Position numbers and translations under genes: made by a program. A stretch of DNA of 64,000 bases from Epithemia pelagica (taxonomy: Eukaryota > Protista > Bacillariophyta). Shown here piece after piece: positions 11,218 through 23,821 of the stretch (position 1 is its first letter; each line of letters opens with the position of its first letter). The stretch is taken from NCBI GenBank assembly GCA_946965045.2, contig OX337239.1:1302001-1366000 (forward strand), written 5' to 3'. A model generated the notes under the pieces. The model searched no databases and had not been told where the DNA came from. It worked only from the letters and a program-made list of their open reading frames with translations.

Positions 11218-14200
11218 TTATCCGCGCATGACATCTCGATATCCAGTCCATCTTCGATTGCCATTTGTGAGGCTATGACCACCTCCACCTACGACGGCTC
11301 CACACTCAATACATTGCGATGTTTCCATAGCACCTCCACAATCTCCAATGAAGTAGGGATGTCCATTTGGGCATTCGTACCAGTGGTCACTGGCTGTGCC
11401 ACCGTAGTCATATCCACGAACTACGTTCATTGCTCGGACCACCTCTTTAACATCAGCACCATTGAGAGATGCCTCCAATTCCGTGGCTTCTTGTATAATA
11501 TCATCGGCATGTCTGTTTTTCATGTTCTGTACCACCCATGTTAGATGTTCTAAAAGTTTGGATTTTAAATCAGGCTTGGTTCTCGTCCAGTACCCGAGCG
11601 ATCGAACCATGCAGATCCGCACTGTGGCAGAAGAACGATGACTTTGGCTGCCATCAGCCACCTCAATGGCTTCTTCATAAGATTCCAATGATTCCTCCAA
11701 TAGTTTGGACTCATCAGAGTCCCCGCGTTTAATTTTTGCGCCATACGACTGACCCAGCAGACGTAGACATTCGATAAGCGGCATTGCCGGAGGCGTCGGA
11801 GCTTCATTGTTTCGGTTACCACAAGCATCGAATACCTTTTTCATAGGACCTTCACAAATTGAGCGCTTAATCTTCAACAGTCCTCTGGTGTTGCGCCTCT
11901 TCGGTTCTATTTGAGAGAATTTATCCAGAGCTTGTTTTACATCCATCAAATGCTTTCGCTCCAAACTACGGAGAACGGCCAAGTTGATTATTCGGCCGTA
12001 TCGTCGAATAGAGTGAATAGGCGCTCGACAATCAGGACACTGCTTTCCCTTTTCATTCACATCGCTATCCGATAAGGGAAGACATGACGTGAACTGGTTA
12101 CCATCACGTTGGTAAGCACTGTCAATACCAATCAGTCCATCAAGAGTCGACACACTGAAGAAATGCTTGCACGGCAAAACAATAATTGGGTCACAATCCA
12201 CATCATGATCCTCATATTTCTCAAAGGTGATCATGTCAACCACCCGTTCTTTCGACTTAGGATTACTACACTCCTTGCAGAATGAGATATCAGGGCATAT
12301 CTCACCACAAAGGGATGGGCATTGATGCCCACACTCAAGTTTCTTATCGCATCTCTGCAGAGAATAAGATACTTTCGAACTAGTGATATCAGGGATCGAG
12401 GATAACAAACAATAGACGTACCTCATTGCAAGGAAGGCGGCTACAGGGGGCACCACACACAAGCGGACAAATTCCTTGATGCTCACATTCCCAATCACAT
12501 TGTTCCACACATGAGGCACACTGTGTTAAGCAATGTGTTAGCACAGCCTTACAAAAAAGTGAAAATCCCAAAGAAAACTTCAAAACCTCACTTACGGTAT
12601 CACTGCAACTCTTCGGACATTGTGAGTGCGAGCAACGAACTTCGCATATTGCAACTGCACATGGAGGACACCCTCCAGAATGGCACTCTTGTACGCAGGA
12701 GTGCCTACAAAATAGATTCCGTTCGCATTTTTCGTTGCATTTATGTCCGTCCTCACAGGATCCGCAGCTGTGTATAGCAGCAACGGGTTAGGGAACCTAA
12801 TGAAAAGTAACAAAAATTGAAACCGCATGTATGATCGTACCGCTTCTGACAGAGATGCCCACACTCCAAACGACTGGAACAAAGCTCTGGGCACTCTGGA
12901 GATTTTTGCCTGGAGTTTCCACACCAGGTTGTAATTTCGTGTCCACAGCCTTCAAAACGATGAGTGACCTGTTCTTTGCAGTGATTGGCAAAATTGTTGA
13001 GTGACTCTTTGTTTCGCGCGTTATGGCATCGAATGCTTTGAGCGATATGACCACATGTAAGCTCTACTGGGCCAACATTTACGAGACAAGCACCGCACTT
13101 GTCTTTGCATCGTTTCGTACATGGATGGCCATGGGGACATTCTTCTGGTACCCGGGCGCAGGGTTCCATGCAAACTGTATGCTTATGGTTTCTATCCATT
13201 GGGTGACAGAACTGAACTCAAGAACAAACATTGAAGAGTTGAGATGAGGAAACAACATGATGTCACAAGTCGAACACCACTCAATCTTTAATCTTACATT
13301 GGGACAGACATGTCCACATTCGAGACGGTACATGCATTTCCGGCCACAACCTCCATTTGGCCGCCGTGCTCTGAATTCCTCTCTTGAAGACAGCACAAGT
13401 GGTGGATCGGAATGGTGGATTTGACAAACCGTGGGCAACCCTCTAAAAATCCGACCCTCTATCAGGGACAGAATCGGACTCCACGTCGCTTTTCCTTCAC
13501 CTCCAACCAACGTTTTGATGTTGCCAACAAGGATCATACCGTGACGGGCACGAGACAGAAGCACGTTAACTCTCTGGGGCTCCTTGAGGAATCCCACAGA
13601 TCGTTTAGAGTTGGACCGAACAAGCGAAATCACCACAATATCACTTTCTTCACCCTGATAGTTATCAACCGAAGAACATCGCACGCTACCTCCACGCTCT
13701 TTCGAACGCTCGTTTTCTAGTTCGTCATATTCCTCTCCTTCAAACTTGTCGAGATCTTGGTCGCTCACGTATGCTTCAACATCCTTCAAGTGATGCTTCA
13801 TTTCTCCGATTATTTTGAATAGCTGACCCAGGTAAGGTGTCAACACGACGATACTATCCTTGGTATACCCTTGCAACAGAAGAAATCTTACAATTTCGAC
13901 GCACATCATGGCCTCATATTTATTCGACTTCGTTGTTGTAGAGCGACCATGGTCATCTGAATCTTGTTCACCGTCTTCTTTGTGGTCATGGTCGATGAAG
14001 AGGAGATTATGGCTTATCCCTCGCACATTCGGGTATTGATGAACTGAATCATGGTCAATCAAATTTGGGTATGTCTGTTCCCGAATGATCCTTGATATTG
14101 ATGGCCTCATACGATGCTGAACAGCGAGGGTGGCGGATGGAAGCCCCCCAAGTACAAGGCGTTCGAACAAAGAAACATCTAAGTTGTATCCGTTACCGGA

Positions 14201-17027
14201 GACTGCTGAAAGCATGTGAGTTTCTACTTTTGGGCGGAGCTGCTTGTGGTCACCGATGAGCACAAGATGCTTTGTTTCAGGTGAAAGTGAAGCCAAAATG
14301 TGTGCTTCCAGTACCTCTCCGGCTTCCTCGACCACAACGATAGACGGCGCAATTTCTGTAAGCATTTCGCGGTAACGAGCGGCACCTGAAGTCGTGGCAC
14401 CAATAATCCTTGCATCCCGGAGAATCTTCAATGATTTGTCTTGACCTAAAGCTTTTCGCTCGTACTGCAACTTCATGAATTCATCCACGATTCCACGTAG
14501 AGCTGTTCGCGTAGGTGCAAGGACTTCCTCCTCCACTTGAGATACAAACTCGGACCTTCTCTCCTGAGGCCGTTTCCAAAACTCCTCCATCTCTGGGGGA
14601 AAGTCGTCCATCAATGCCAAAACGAATTGAGGTATTTCTTTCCCATTCTTCCATTCGTTCCACAGAAAACCAGAGTTGAGAGGCCTGCCGTTGGGCCCTA
14701 CATGCTGGAATCCATCCTCTTCGTCATTAAAACCAGGTAGCCGAAGATATTCGAACTCAACAGGATGAAAATCCTCGAGAACCCGCTTCACTCCACCACT
14801 GGGAGTATTCCACGAAACAGGCTTTTCCAAATCCTCCAGTGATCGACCAATTTGCTCACGCGCACCATGCATTTGTGCATCTACCTGCCTGATTCGGCTG
14901 GTTGTTCTATCATGACGTTGTGCTTTCTTGGCGGCTAGACTCCCAATTTGAAAGCTGGCAATTCGCTCGGACTTCGACCTCCCACCTAACCGTACAATCC
15001 GTTTCTCACCAAAGTCAAGCATGTGCTCGAGAAATTGATCGAGCGCATGATTGGTGAAGCAAACACAAAGAATCGTTTCATCGGAATTAAGCCTAATAAG
15101 TTGAGCCAAAAGTCCACCAATAAAGGTTTTCCCTGCACGTGGAAACACAAATGAAAAATTATAAGCTTGCCACTTTCAAAAACGAAGCCCGCTCATTGGC
15201 AAAAGCACGGGCAGCAGCGACATGACACGCACCTGTTCCAGGAGGCCCTTGAATCAATGCCACACGCCGTGTCAAGGCATGTACCACAGCCAGGGCTTGT
15301 GATTCATCGAGTGAAGTGTGGTCACTGATATCGGTCGATGATAAATTGAGTAAATCACACGTGTGTCCACGAAAATTGTCATCCTGAGGGAATCGTATGT
15401 GGCGCTGCATGTAGTTTACCTCTCGATGTCTGGTTTCCGTGTCGTCGTCATCCATATTGTTACCAATATCATCCTTTGCTGGAACAACACGATGAGGTTG
15501 CCAACATGTTGTGAGCAACTCCTCAGAAAATGGAATTTGATCCATTTGCTGGAGCGCCTTGAGAATAGATTTGTACGAGAAAAATGATTTGGATATTTCC
15601 ACCAATTCATAAGTGGTCATTCGATCACGCAACCGAGCCGCTTTGCGATGGTTTCCTGTGGACAAGGCAGTTGCATATTCGTCCGCAAAGGCGTGGTTTC
15701 GAGACATTTCGCGAATGGACTCTTGAAAAGCATCTTGGTCGTCAAACTCTACACCTATACAGGGTCCCTGTTTGTTGCGCAACCATTCTTCCTTTCGAAT
15801 AGAAATGGTACCAGTCCGAACTAGCCGGTGGTTGTTCTTCGTGTCCAGAAACGCGACGACAGATCCCTGCAACAACAGCTTGGCGCGACTCCAGTCCGAC
15901 ACAGCGCGATTCGGAGGATCAACTTGAATTCTAAAACTGAGGGAGTGTGCCTCCTTGAGATCCACATCGATGATGCGAGCATTATGCCAGGGAGACTTCC
16001 GTTCGGTTATGCCTTGACGCATGGAACTTACGGAATCTTCTCGCAACAATCGAAAGCTGGAATCGAGTAACCGAGCCACAGGGCCAGCTCGAATGAACGT
16101 ATTTTCACCACTAGCCAATGGAAGATAGGGTGAAACTTGACATTGCAATTCAGGGGCCGTGGGAACAATGGCAATGTCACGGTAGTTGGTAGAATCATTA
16201 TCATGGCGACCGCCCGGAGGACGACTGTCGGTATACCAACAAACACCTTGAAGTTGTTTCTTTGTTTCTCTCGTTGCAGCAGATACCTCTTTCTGGTTGA
16301 GTCTTGGTCGTTTTGTGGAAGTAACACTGTTCCTGTCGCCCTCTTCTTCTTCTTCTTCTTCTTCGGACGGTGGGATCATCAAAACAATACAAAGCAATTG
16401 GACCGGGCCATTGTGGTTGTCGCCGGTACCGCTACCATGATCACGCAATGTCTCAGCCAAATCTCGAACTGGCTGGGAATGACGAGCTTCTCCGACCGAT
16501 TTGGCCACGTGCAACAAAAAGCAGGCAATCAACTGATTCGCCGCTTGGTCAAGGCTCGCCACCACATTAGGTCCATTCAAAAAGGTCAAAACATGGGGGA
16601 TTCCATAAATCAAGTGAAGATAGCGATCTCGCAAGGGTCGGTACAAGGGTCTAGACATGATTTCTTGCAATGCATGTTGCAGAAGGGGGATTACAAGTTC
16701 GGTAACGTCCTCTGGGGTATCAAGAAAGCCGACGATCTGCTCTAAGCAAGAACGACCTTGATTTCGTTCATCCACCATCATCGACAAGAGCACTGGTTTG
16801 GAGTCGAAAGAATCCATGCCTTGCAAAAATCGCATCGCTTGAGGCTTACTCCTGAGGGGCGCTGCTGAAGGATCCTTCATGAGTCGGTGAAAAAGGCTGG
16901 CACGACTATCTCCTTCTCCAAACCGGCCTCTGCCTCCCCCACCTCGTCCATGATTACCACGGCCTTTCCTCCCTCCACCTCCTCTGAAATTTCCTCCACC
17001 ACGGCGGACTCTGGATGCACGGTCCAT
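11218..17027 (-). CDS. ZNFX1: ZNFX1-like SF1 (UPF1-like) helicase with NF-X1 zinc fingers, a RING-like region and a C-terminal RZ finger; 6 exons
   Basis: Walker A GPPGTG|KT is split by an intron at 15232-15133. Also VVVEEAGE, IGDHKQLRP, QHRM, VDNYQGEESD and NVLLSRARHG, followed by CGH.C repeats across three further exons, PCKHFF..CPDCR, and the RZ motif HWYECPNGHPYFIGDCGGAMETSQCIECG. RGG-rich N-terminus from ATG 17027. Confidence 0.85.
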
Positions 17028-17296
17028 GGTTTCGGTTCTCTCTTTTGACTTTGCAGAGTCCAAGTGCAGTTTCTCAAGAATCCAAGTGCAGTTCCTCAAG
17101 AAACACACTCTTCACCGTAAAACACCAACATTTTCACCGCAAAACCTAAAGGAGATACACCATATCTAACACACTACCGTACACACTCTGCACCAATGAA
17201 ATTACACCTCAAATTTTCGCCAAAAGAAACAACCACCCTCTTTTTTTCACCTCTTTTCTCATCCAGTTGAAAAACATTCCAATTGAGTTTCTAGTG

Positions 17297-19587
17297 TTAC
17301 TTTCCTTCATCATCCCCAGGCAACGAATCTTCTTCTCTGGAAAGAGATCCTTTCATGTGTAGTACTGTGTTGTCCTGTTCGGATGCCTCTTCTTTTATAG
17401 ACTCCTGCTGCATTTCCTCATCCTCTTCCATATCCCCCACACTGAAACTGGCGCTTCGGTCCAGTTGCTTGACATTTTGCAAGAGTTCCATGATATCTTG
17501 TGACTTTCGTGCATCTTCCGCGGCCACACTGTACCGTAATGTTTTCCAAAAGCTTGTCGCCCGTGTCTTGTCTCGTTCTTCAATGAAAAAGGTTTCCATT
17601 TCACCAATACCCTTCACATGGACTTTTCCTCGCTTCTCAAAGCTAAAGTCATTGGCGGCACTTTGCGAGACATTGTCAATTACTGATTTTGTCACTTGTA
17701 CGCGACCCGGTTGTCCAGTGGATTCCATGCGACTTGCGACGTTGACGGCATCGCCCCAGACATCATACAAGAACCGTTTGGTTCCCACTACACCGGCTAC
17801 CACCGGGCCTGTATTGATCCCGATCCGCATATTCAAGGGATTTTCCGTATGTTCCTTGTTGTATTCTCTCAGCACGTGAATCATATCCATGGCAAAATGA
17901 CAGACAGCGGCACACGCCTTGGGAGGATCACGACTCGATGGTATGGACGTCCTGTAAAGTGTGAGAACATATCGTCAGGATAAGCCATACGACGAAGACC
18001 AAACAAGAAGGTGCAAGTGAGTGCGTACAAGATTTCTAGACACATCGATTCCGTTCTTTTCTTACACCATGTAGCAATCCCCGATGGTCTTGACCTTATT
18101 TAGACTTTACATTTCCAACTTTTCATCAAATTGGGTAAAGATTTCATTCAGAAATTGGACAATTTCCACAGGCTGTAACGAACTGCTCATTTTCGTAAAG
18201 TCGACAATGTCTCCAAACAAAATGGTGGCCTCATAAAAATGATCGGCCAAATGTCCTGGATCATTCTTGAGTCGATGGGCAATTTCGGGAGGGAGCATAT
18301 TGTACAACAATTCTTCCGCAGCGCGTTTCTCGACCGCCAATTCCATGTGTTTGCGTTCGTCCGTTACATCATGAATAAAGCCAACCAGCAGATCCGCATC
18401 CGGTACCTTTCGAACGCCTATCCGACATGGGAATTCCGTTCCGTCGAGACGGCGCGCCACCACCTCTCTCTGAGAACCCTGTCATTGCAAGAAAAGACAA
18501 ATATAGAGCATGAGATGCATTCGAAAGGTAGCCTTTGTGTATCGCACATGCAAAGACTTCAATGCTGGATAAACCATCACCATAACCTTTCATCGTCAGT
18601 AGTACACATACCAAAATGGTCGACTGACCACCACGTTGTCGAAATCGTTCCATATATTCCTTGTGATGTGCGGCATGAAAGGGATTTCCTCCAACCAAGG
18701 TACTAATGTTTTGGTCGACAATATCCTTACTGGATTCGATACCAAAGGTTGTCAACAGGGAGGCATTGACCTTGACAATAGTTCCATCATGAGTGACCAC
18801 GACAATGGATTCAAACGAGGAATCCAAAATAGAATCATTCAATTGTCGTTCATGATCCACTTGTCGCTCGGCCGTCACATCGTGAATAAAACCACACAAC
18901 CATTCCGAATGAGGGACGCGTTGCACACCAATACGACAAGGAAATTCGGAACCATCATAGCGTTTTGCCACCAATTGACGTTGAGTACCCTATTGTGATA
19001 CAACAAACATAAAACGGAAAAGATACGCCCAATCACATGAGCTTATAAGCTCTTTTCAAGGGTATTCATTCTTTCATTCACAGCGTTACCAAAACCTATG
19101 TACGTACCAAGATGGTGGAGGTTCCTCCTCGATTCCAAAAGTTTTGCATGTATTGCACGTGCTGCTGAGAATGGACCTCAGAGCCACCGACGAGCTGAGC
19201 AATGTTTTGACCAATCAACGTATTGTCGTCGTATCCAAAGATTCTGAGTGTTGCTGGATTGACGCGAACTATAGTGCCTCGTGGATCGGTCTCAACAATG
19301 GATTCAAAGGCGGCATTGAAAACGGATTGAATCTAGTCATGGTCGTGATCCTCCTCTTTTTCGTCCTTCTGGGTTCCGTCGTTCTTTGGCTGTTGTGTCA
19401 AGGCCATGTCATTGTGTTTTGTTGATGAATCAAGGTGTGGTTCGAGGGCTTTGTAGACGTCAGAGGCACCATATCGTTGAACCAAGTCCTGCACCGAATC
19501 TTCGACAGTTGCTTCTGTCGGTCCATTCGACTTTGCGTCCCCATTTCGGCGTTGTTGTGCTCCGCGATGCCTACCAAACCAACTCAT
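17297..19587 (-). pseudogene. PAS-PAS adenylate cyclase with two in-frame stops (4 exons)
   Basis: Exons 19587-19108, 18989-18612, 18478 to about 18066, and about 17951-17297, with GT-AG introns. TAG at 19333-19335 precedes PAS-A (DHD*IQSVFNAAFESIV) and TAA at 18107-18109 lies in EKLEM*SLNKVKTIGDCYM. Cyclase motifs are otherwise intact. Confidence 0.85.
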
Positions 19588-19798
19588 GGGGAGAACTCAC
19601 AATTGGACGTTTGGAAAATGGCAGTAGTCTACAGAGGTAGGTCGCCTGAAAGACTGTGTTCTGGTTCGTCTTCTTCTTGTGAGCAAGTCGACGATTATTC
19701 AAACACAGAATACGACATGGACGCCATCAAAGAGATTCACCATTGATCATGATCGACTTTTTTTTTGTACTATTTTACGGTCTATAACAATTGGACTC

Positions 19799-22700
19799 CT
19801 AAGCGGTGGGTACGCAAAGGAGGGGTGTTTCGTCCGTGATACTAAGGAACTGTGCCAGAGGTGCGGGGGAGTAGATGGGAGTGACCGGAGCAAAACATGG
19901 TGTAGCCAGATTTTGCAACTGAGTGGTTCTTGTTTTTCGTGTTGCTTGGTGTTGTCGTATTGCGGCGATGTTGTTATTGGCATGGGTTGCCAGTGCCGAA
20001 ACGATTGCGTGGCCAAGGGAGGCTTTTGCATAGTGCCCGATTGAGTAGATATGTGCTTCTGGGTAGGAGAATTTTTTTGTTTTGCTGTTGGCGGCGGTAA
20101 GGAGGTTGCTTGGTGCGTCTGACGCTTCTTGAAAGAGCCTGTATGCCGCAGGATGTGCTTTGCTTCTTTTTTCGTCTTTTCCGAAGAAGGCGTTGGTCCA
20201 AGGGGGTGGTTGTGTCGTTGAGAACAGATGTGGTTGATAAATTGATGGAAAAAGGAGACGGTCGGCGAATGAACCAAGCGCTCCGAGATGGTCTACCGTA
20301 AAAGGTAGAAGGTATATGCCATTGTGGAGAAGGTGTCTTGATGTCTCGGGGTCTCGACAAAACTTGGCCCTTGCCGCTTCTTGATGCGTCCTAGATGCCA
20401 AAGTGGCGAGTGTGTTGTGGTCGGACGGGTCAAGAATGGTTTGGGGTTGTTGGGGAGGTGGGATAGTAATGTCAATCGCGACGTATTGAAACGGTGAGTT
20501 TTTGTGCGGCTTGGACAGGAGCATACCGACGTCTGCTGGTCTAATGTTTCTTTGGTGTTGTGGTGTCAAACCTGGGGGTTCGATGTGGACATCATGGGGA
20601 GTGTCGACGGCTTCGGCTGCTGGAGCGATTTGGCGGAGAATGTCGTAGAGTGTGTCTCTGATGGCATTGGATAGAGGTGTTTTGGAAGCAGAGGTGCATG
20701 AGTACAGATGGTCACCCATTGGGTCGATCGCTTTTGTGGCTGAGCAGCGACATCGTTGGGGCCAGGATTGTGTGGGGTCTCGGACGAACAAAGGTAATCT
20801 CAATTTCCGTTTGATAGCGGTTCGGAAGACACTGTTTTGGAAACGGAATTTGGTTGCGGTTAGTGGAAGAGAGAGAGCCATACTCGTGAGGGGCGAAAGT
20901 AAGCCGGGCAAAAAGATTCGCTGCTTTGGGTTGGTTTCTGTGAATAGTTTTGGGATTGTGTGCTCTTGCACAGTGTGGTTCAAAAGGCAATTGTGTGTTG
21001 TGTGATCATACCTCTTTGGTACGTATAAGCTCTCTTCTGCGTATTCGTTTGCAAAAAGTGACAGAGTCTTACGGAAGGTTGTCATATATTCGTCGGTACT
21101 ATCTTTCCAGTTCGACAGTTCTCGTTGGTGAACGAGTGGGATTGGAGTGTCGGTTGATGTTGCCAGAGCTATCGCCCGGGCTGTTTGTGTCAGCAGACGA
21201 GGATAGGCCGCCACCGCTGCCTGTTGGTATCCGAGTCCCCCCAGTCGTTGTGGAATCGTGGCGATGAGTGCTGAGGACGTGGAGATTTCATTTTCTGGTA
21301 GGGAGGTGAGTTTTGCCAGGAAATTTGTTATCAGTTGTTCTGTCTGTGTTGTTGTTGGACTGGACCAGAGGGTCGTTCTTGGGTTGGTCTGCTTGTATGC
21401 TAAGTTGATATCGGTCGGTAGCAGGTGCAGGATTGCTGAGACCATCGTAAATTTAAAGAGATTGTGCTGTGTTTGGAGGTCGTCGAGTTGGAGAAGGCAA
21501 TTCATTTTGTGTTGCATGCCTTGTAATTTTTTGTTGATGTACTGTCGTGCAAAGGCAGTGGATCCGATTGGTTGACCAAGGAATCTCACACTGCTTGTTA
21601 TTTCTGCTTTTGAGGGGTCATCGGGCGACAGAAACGATAGTGCTTGATTGAGGCTGTGTGTTTGTTTTTCGTCCAGGTTGGACGGGGAGTGTCCTTCGGT
21701 GGAGGTGAGGATGGTCGTTTTTGATTTGTTTAAAACAATTCCTAGGGGTTTGCCAAGCTCTTCGAAGCGGTGAAGAAACCATGGTATGTCACAGTGTGGC
21801 AGGCATACCGATGTATCATCCATGATGGATGCGGTGTGGCCGATGCCGCCCATTCCGTCGTCGTTGGGGTCGTTGTTGCGCAGTCTGAGTTGTGCTCTTT
21901 TTGCTTGCTCGTTGTTGAGTTTGTTCGTCAGTGCTAGTAATACCAGGCATGAGAAGAGAGGGCTGAGTGGGCAGCCTTGTGGAAACCCTTCAGTTTGTGT
22001 GAGGTAGTTGGCCGCTTTGTTGTCATCAAAGTACCATTGGTTACAGGTATGTTTGGTTAGTAGGTCGAAAAGGGGGACCAATTGTGTTGTCGCTTCGTTC
22101 TCTAACAAAATCTTTCTTGCTTCGGTTCGGCTGACATTGTTGAACATGTTTACCAGGTCTAGCATGACGAGAGCCCGGCTTGGAGGTGTTGTTGGCTGGT
22201 TGTTTTCGGTTGTGTTGTTTTCTGTTGTGTTGTTTTCCAGATCATGAGTCTTGTCAATGTATTGTTTAACCGCCATTGCGGTTGTTTGGGCCACAAAATC
22301 AACCCCCCCGGGTACTTGTATCCCGTATTGGCCTCCTTTCAAGAGGAGGGGGCGAATGTTGTCTGTGAGATGCACCAGAGCGGCTTTAGCCGCTACTCTT
22401 TGTATGGCTGTGCCGATGCCGATCGGTCGCAGCCGTTCCAGGTTTGCCATGTCCTTGTGTAGGGCAAGGAAATAATTGCTTGCGAGGATTTGTTGTACAG
22501 TGGTTGGTATTTGTCCTGTCACCACGAGTTGGATCAGAGCTTTTATGTTGTGAAAGTATGGCCGTGTTGCGTCGGGTGCGCTTGTGGTTTTGTATAATGC
22601 CATGGACACAAGGGTGTCTGTGCATGTGGCGAACGGTCCTGAGGCCGTGCCTGGTTTCATTTGTCGGAGTGCTGACTCAAACAGTTTATCTTGTAGTTTC

Positions 22701-23821
22701 AGGTATTGTGCTGCCGGTGGAGGCATATTTGTGTGACCGTGAGCTCTTGTCGCCGGCGGTGGCTGTCGTCTTTCAGGGAAGAGTTGTTTTTGGCATCTGT
22801 CGATTCGTGCCGTTGTCAAGGTTGCAGGTGGTGTGTTGGTTGTAAGTCTTTTCACTGCTGCTCGGTAGTTGCCTAAGTCTGCCAGTTGTTGTGCGGAGGC
22901 TAGCCGCCATGAAGGCAATGGGTCAGTTGGCTGATGTTGTTGTTTGTTTTTTTGGTTTTGCCGCTTCTTTTTGTTGTTTGTTGTCCTTGTGTTTGGCAAC
23001 GGTGTTGGGTTCCATATCATGTTATGGAGTTGCTCAATCCTGCCTGATTTCAGCAGCAAAAGTCTTGCTCGGAACGCGTTCGAATGGGTGAGGTGCACTG
23101 TGCCCTGTATTGGTGCAAGGAGCAACGGCTCTAGGAGGATGAGCAGTTTCCAGAATGGGGTGGCATCGACGTCATAGGCGGGTGGCCGTTCGTCTTTCAG
23201 AATGGTTGGCGCCAGCGGTGATGTGGCTTCAAGTATCCAATTGGTCATGTTGTTGTAGGTGGCATAAAATTCGGCCCTGAGCGGTGGCTTGAGCTTGTGC
23301 CAGAGGCTCCGACGGAAGGGCGGTGGGGATATTTGTAGTTTGTGGATATAAGCTAGGCTGTTTTTCCAGTTTGCAGTTGTTTCTGGTGTAGAATGTCGGT
23401 AGGTATGTAGGACTAAGTCGATGTTCGTCTTTGACCTACTATGTTTTTTTGTTACGTGTTTTCTAAGGTGGCCTTCAGTGGCGAAGATGGCAGTGGGAGT
23501 GTCGCATGTCGGACATGGATGGAGTCCGTATTGGGTGCATAGGGTTGGGGTGAGGTAATCTGATGGATGGGTTTCATTGTGTTCGGTGATGAGGTGTTGT
23601 TTGAGTGATGCTTGGGGGTTGGTTGTCAATGGGGGCACTTTCCACGGGCAATCTGGCACGGGACAGTGTTTGGGTGGTTTTGTGGTTGGATTACTCATGT
23701 GGCCCTTTGGCCCTATCTTCATGCGGGACCACATGGCCGGTGCGCGAGTCGGCGATGTTGGGGTTGCCAGACTGTACCAAAGTCTGCGCAAACCTCCAAG
23801 CATCTTGCGCGTCTGTGTCAT
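19799..23821 (-). CDS. Non-LTR ORF2: C2H2 zinc fingers, reverse transcriptase, CCHC knuckle, restriction-like endonuclease
   Basis: CPVPDC..HLITEH and CPTC..HVTKKH. RT motifs LRPIGIG, GQYGI, LDLVNMFN, GFPQGCPLSP and SIMDD. CRCS..DPMGDHLYSC. RPADV..AIDITI. Confidence 0.9.
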   Translation of the reverse strand: MTQTRKMLGGLRRLWYSLATPTSPTRAPAMWSRMKIGPKGHMSNPTTKPPKHCPVPDCPWKVPPLTTNPQASLKQHLITEHNETHPSDYLTPTLCTQYGLHPCPTCDTPTAIFATEGHLRKHVTKKHSRSKTNIDLVLHTYRHSTPETTANWKNSLAYIHKLQISPPPFRRSLWHKLKPPLRAEFYATYNNMTNWILEATSPLAPTILKDERPPAYDVDATPFWKLLILLEPLLLAPIQGTVHLTHSNAFRARLLLLKSGRIEQLHNMIWNPTPLPNTRTTNNKKKRQNQKNKQQHQPTDPLPSWRLASAQQLADLGNYRAAVKRLTTNTPPATLTTARIDRCQKQLFPERRQPPPATRAHGHTNMPPPAAQYLKLQDKLFESALRQMKPGTASGPFATCTDTLVSMALYKTTSAPDATRPYFHNIKALIQLVVTGQIPTTVQQILASNYFLALHKDMANLERLRPIGIGTAIQRVAAKAALVHLTDNIRPLLLKGGQYGIQVPGGVDFVAQTTAMAVKQYIDKTHDLENNTTENNTTENNQPTTPPSRALVMLDLVNMFNNVSRTEARKILLENEATTQLVPLFDLLTKHTCNQWYFDDNKAANYLTQTEGFPQGCPLSPLFSCLVLLALTNKLNNEQAKRAQLRLRNNDPNDDGMGGIGHTASIMDDTSVCLPHCDIPWFLHRFEELGKPLGIVLNKSKTTILTSTEGHSPSNLDEKQTHSLNQALSFLSPDDPSKAEITSSVRFLGQPIGSTAFARQYINKKLQGMQHKMNCLLQLDDLQTQHNLFKFTMVSAILHLLPTDINLAYKQTNPRTTLWSSPTTTQTEQLITNFLAKLTSLPENEISTSSALIATIPQRLGGLGYQQAAVAAYPRLLTQTARAIALATSTDTPIPLVHQRELSNWKDSTDEYMTTFRKTLSLFANEYAEESLYVPKRYDHTTHNCLLNHTVQEHTIPKLFTETNPKQRIFLPGLLSPLTSMALSLPLTATKFRFQNSVFRTAIKRKLRLPLFVRDPTQSWPQRCRCSATKAIDPMGDHLYSCTSASKTPLSNAIRDTLYDILRQIAPAAEAVDTPHDVHIEPPGLTPQHQRNIRPADVGMLLSKPHKNSPFQYVAIDITIPPPQQPQTILDPSDHNTLATLASRTHQEAARAKFCRDPETSRHLLHNGIYLLPFTVDHLGALGSFADRLLFPSIYQPHLFSTTQPPPWTNAFFGKDEKRSKAHPAAYRLFQEASDAPSNLLTAANSKTKKFSYPEAHIYSIGHYAKASLGHAIVSALATHANNNIAAIRQHQATRKTRTTQLQNLATPCFAPVTPIYSPAPLAQFLSITDETPLLCVPTA

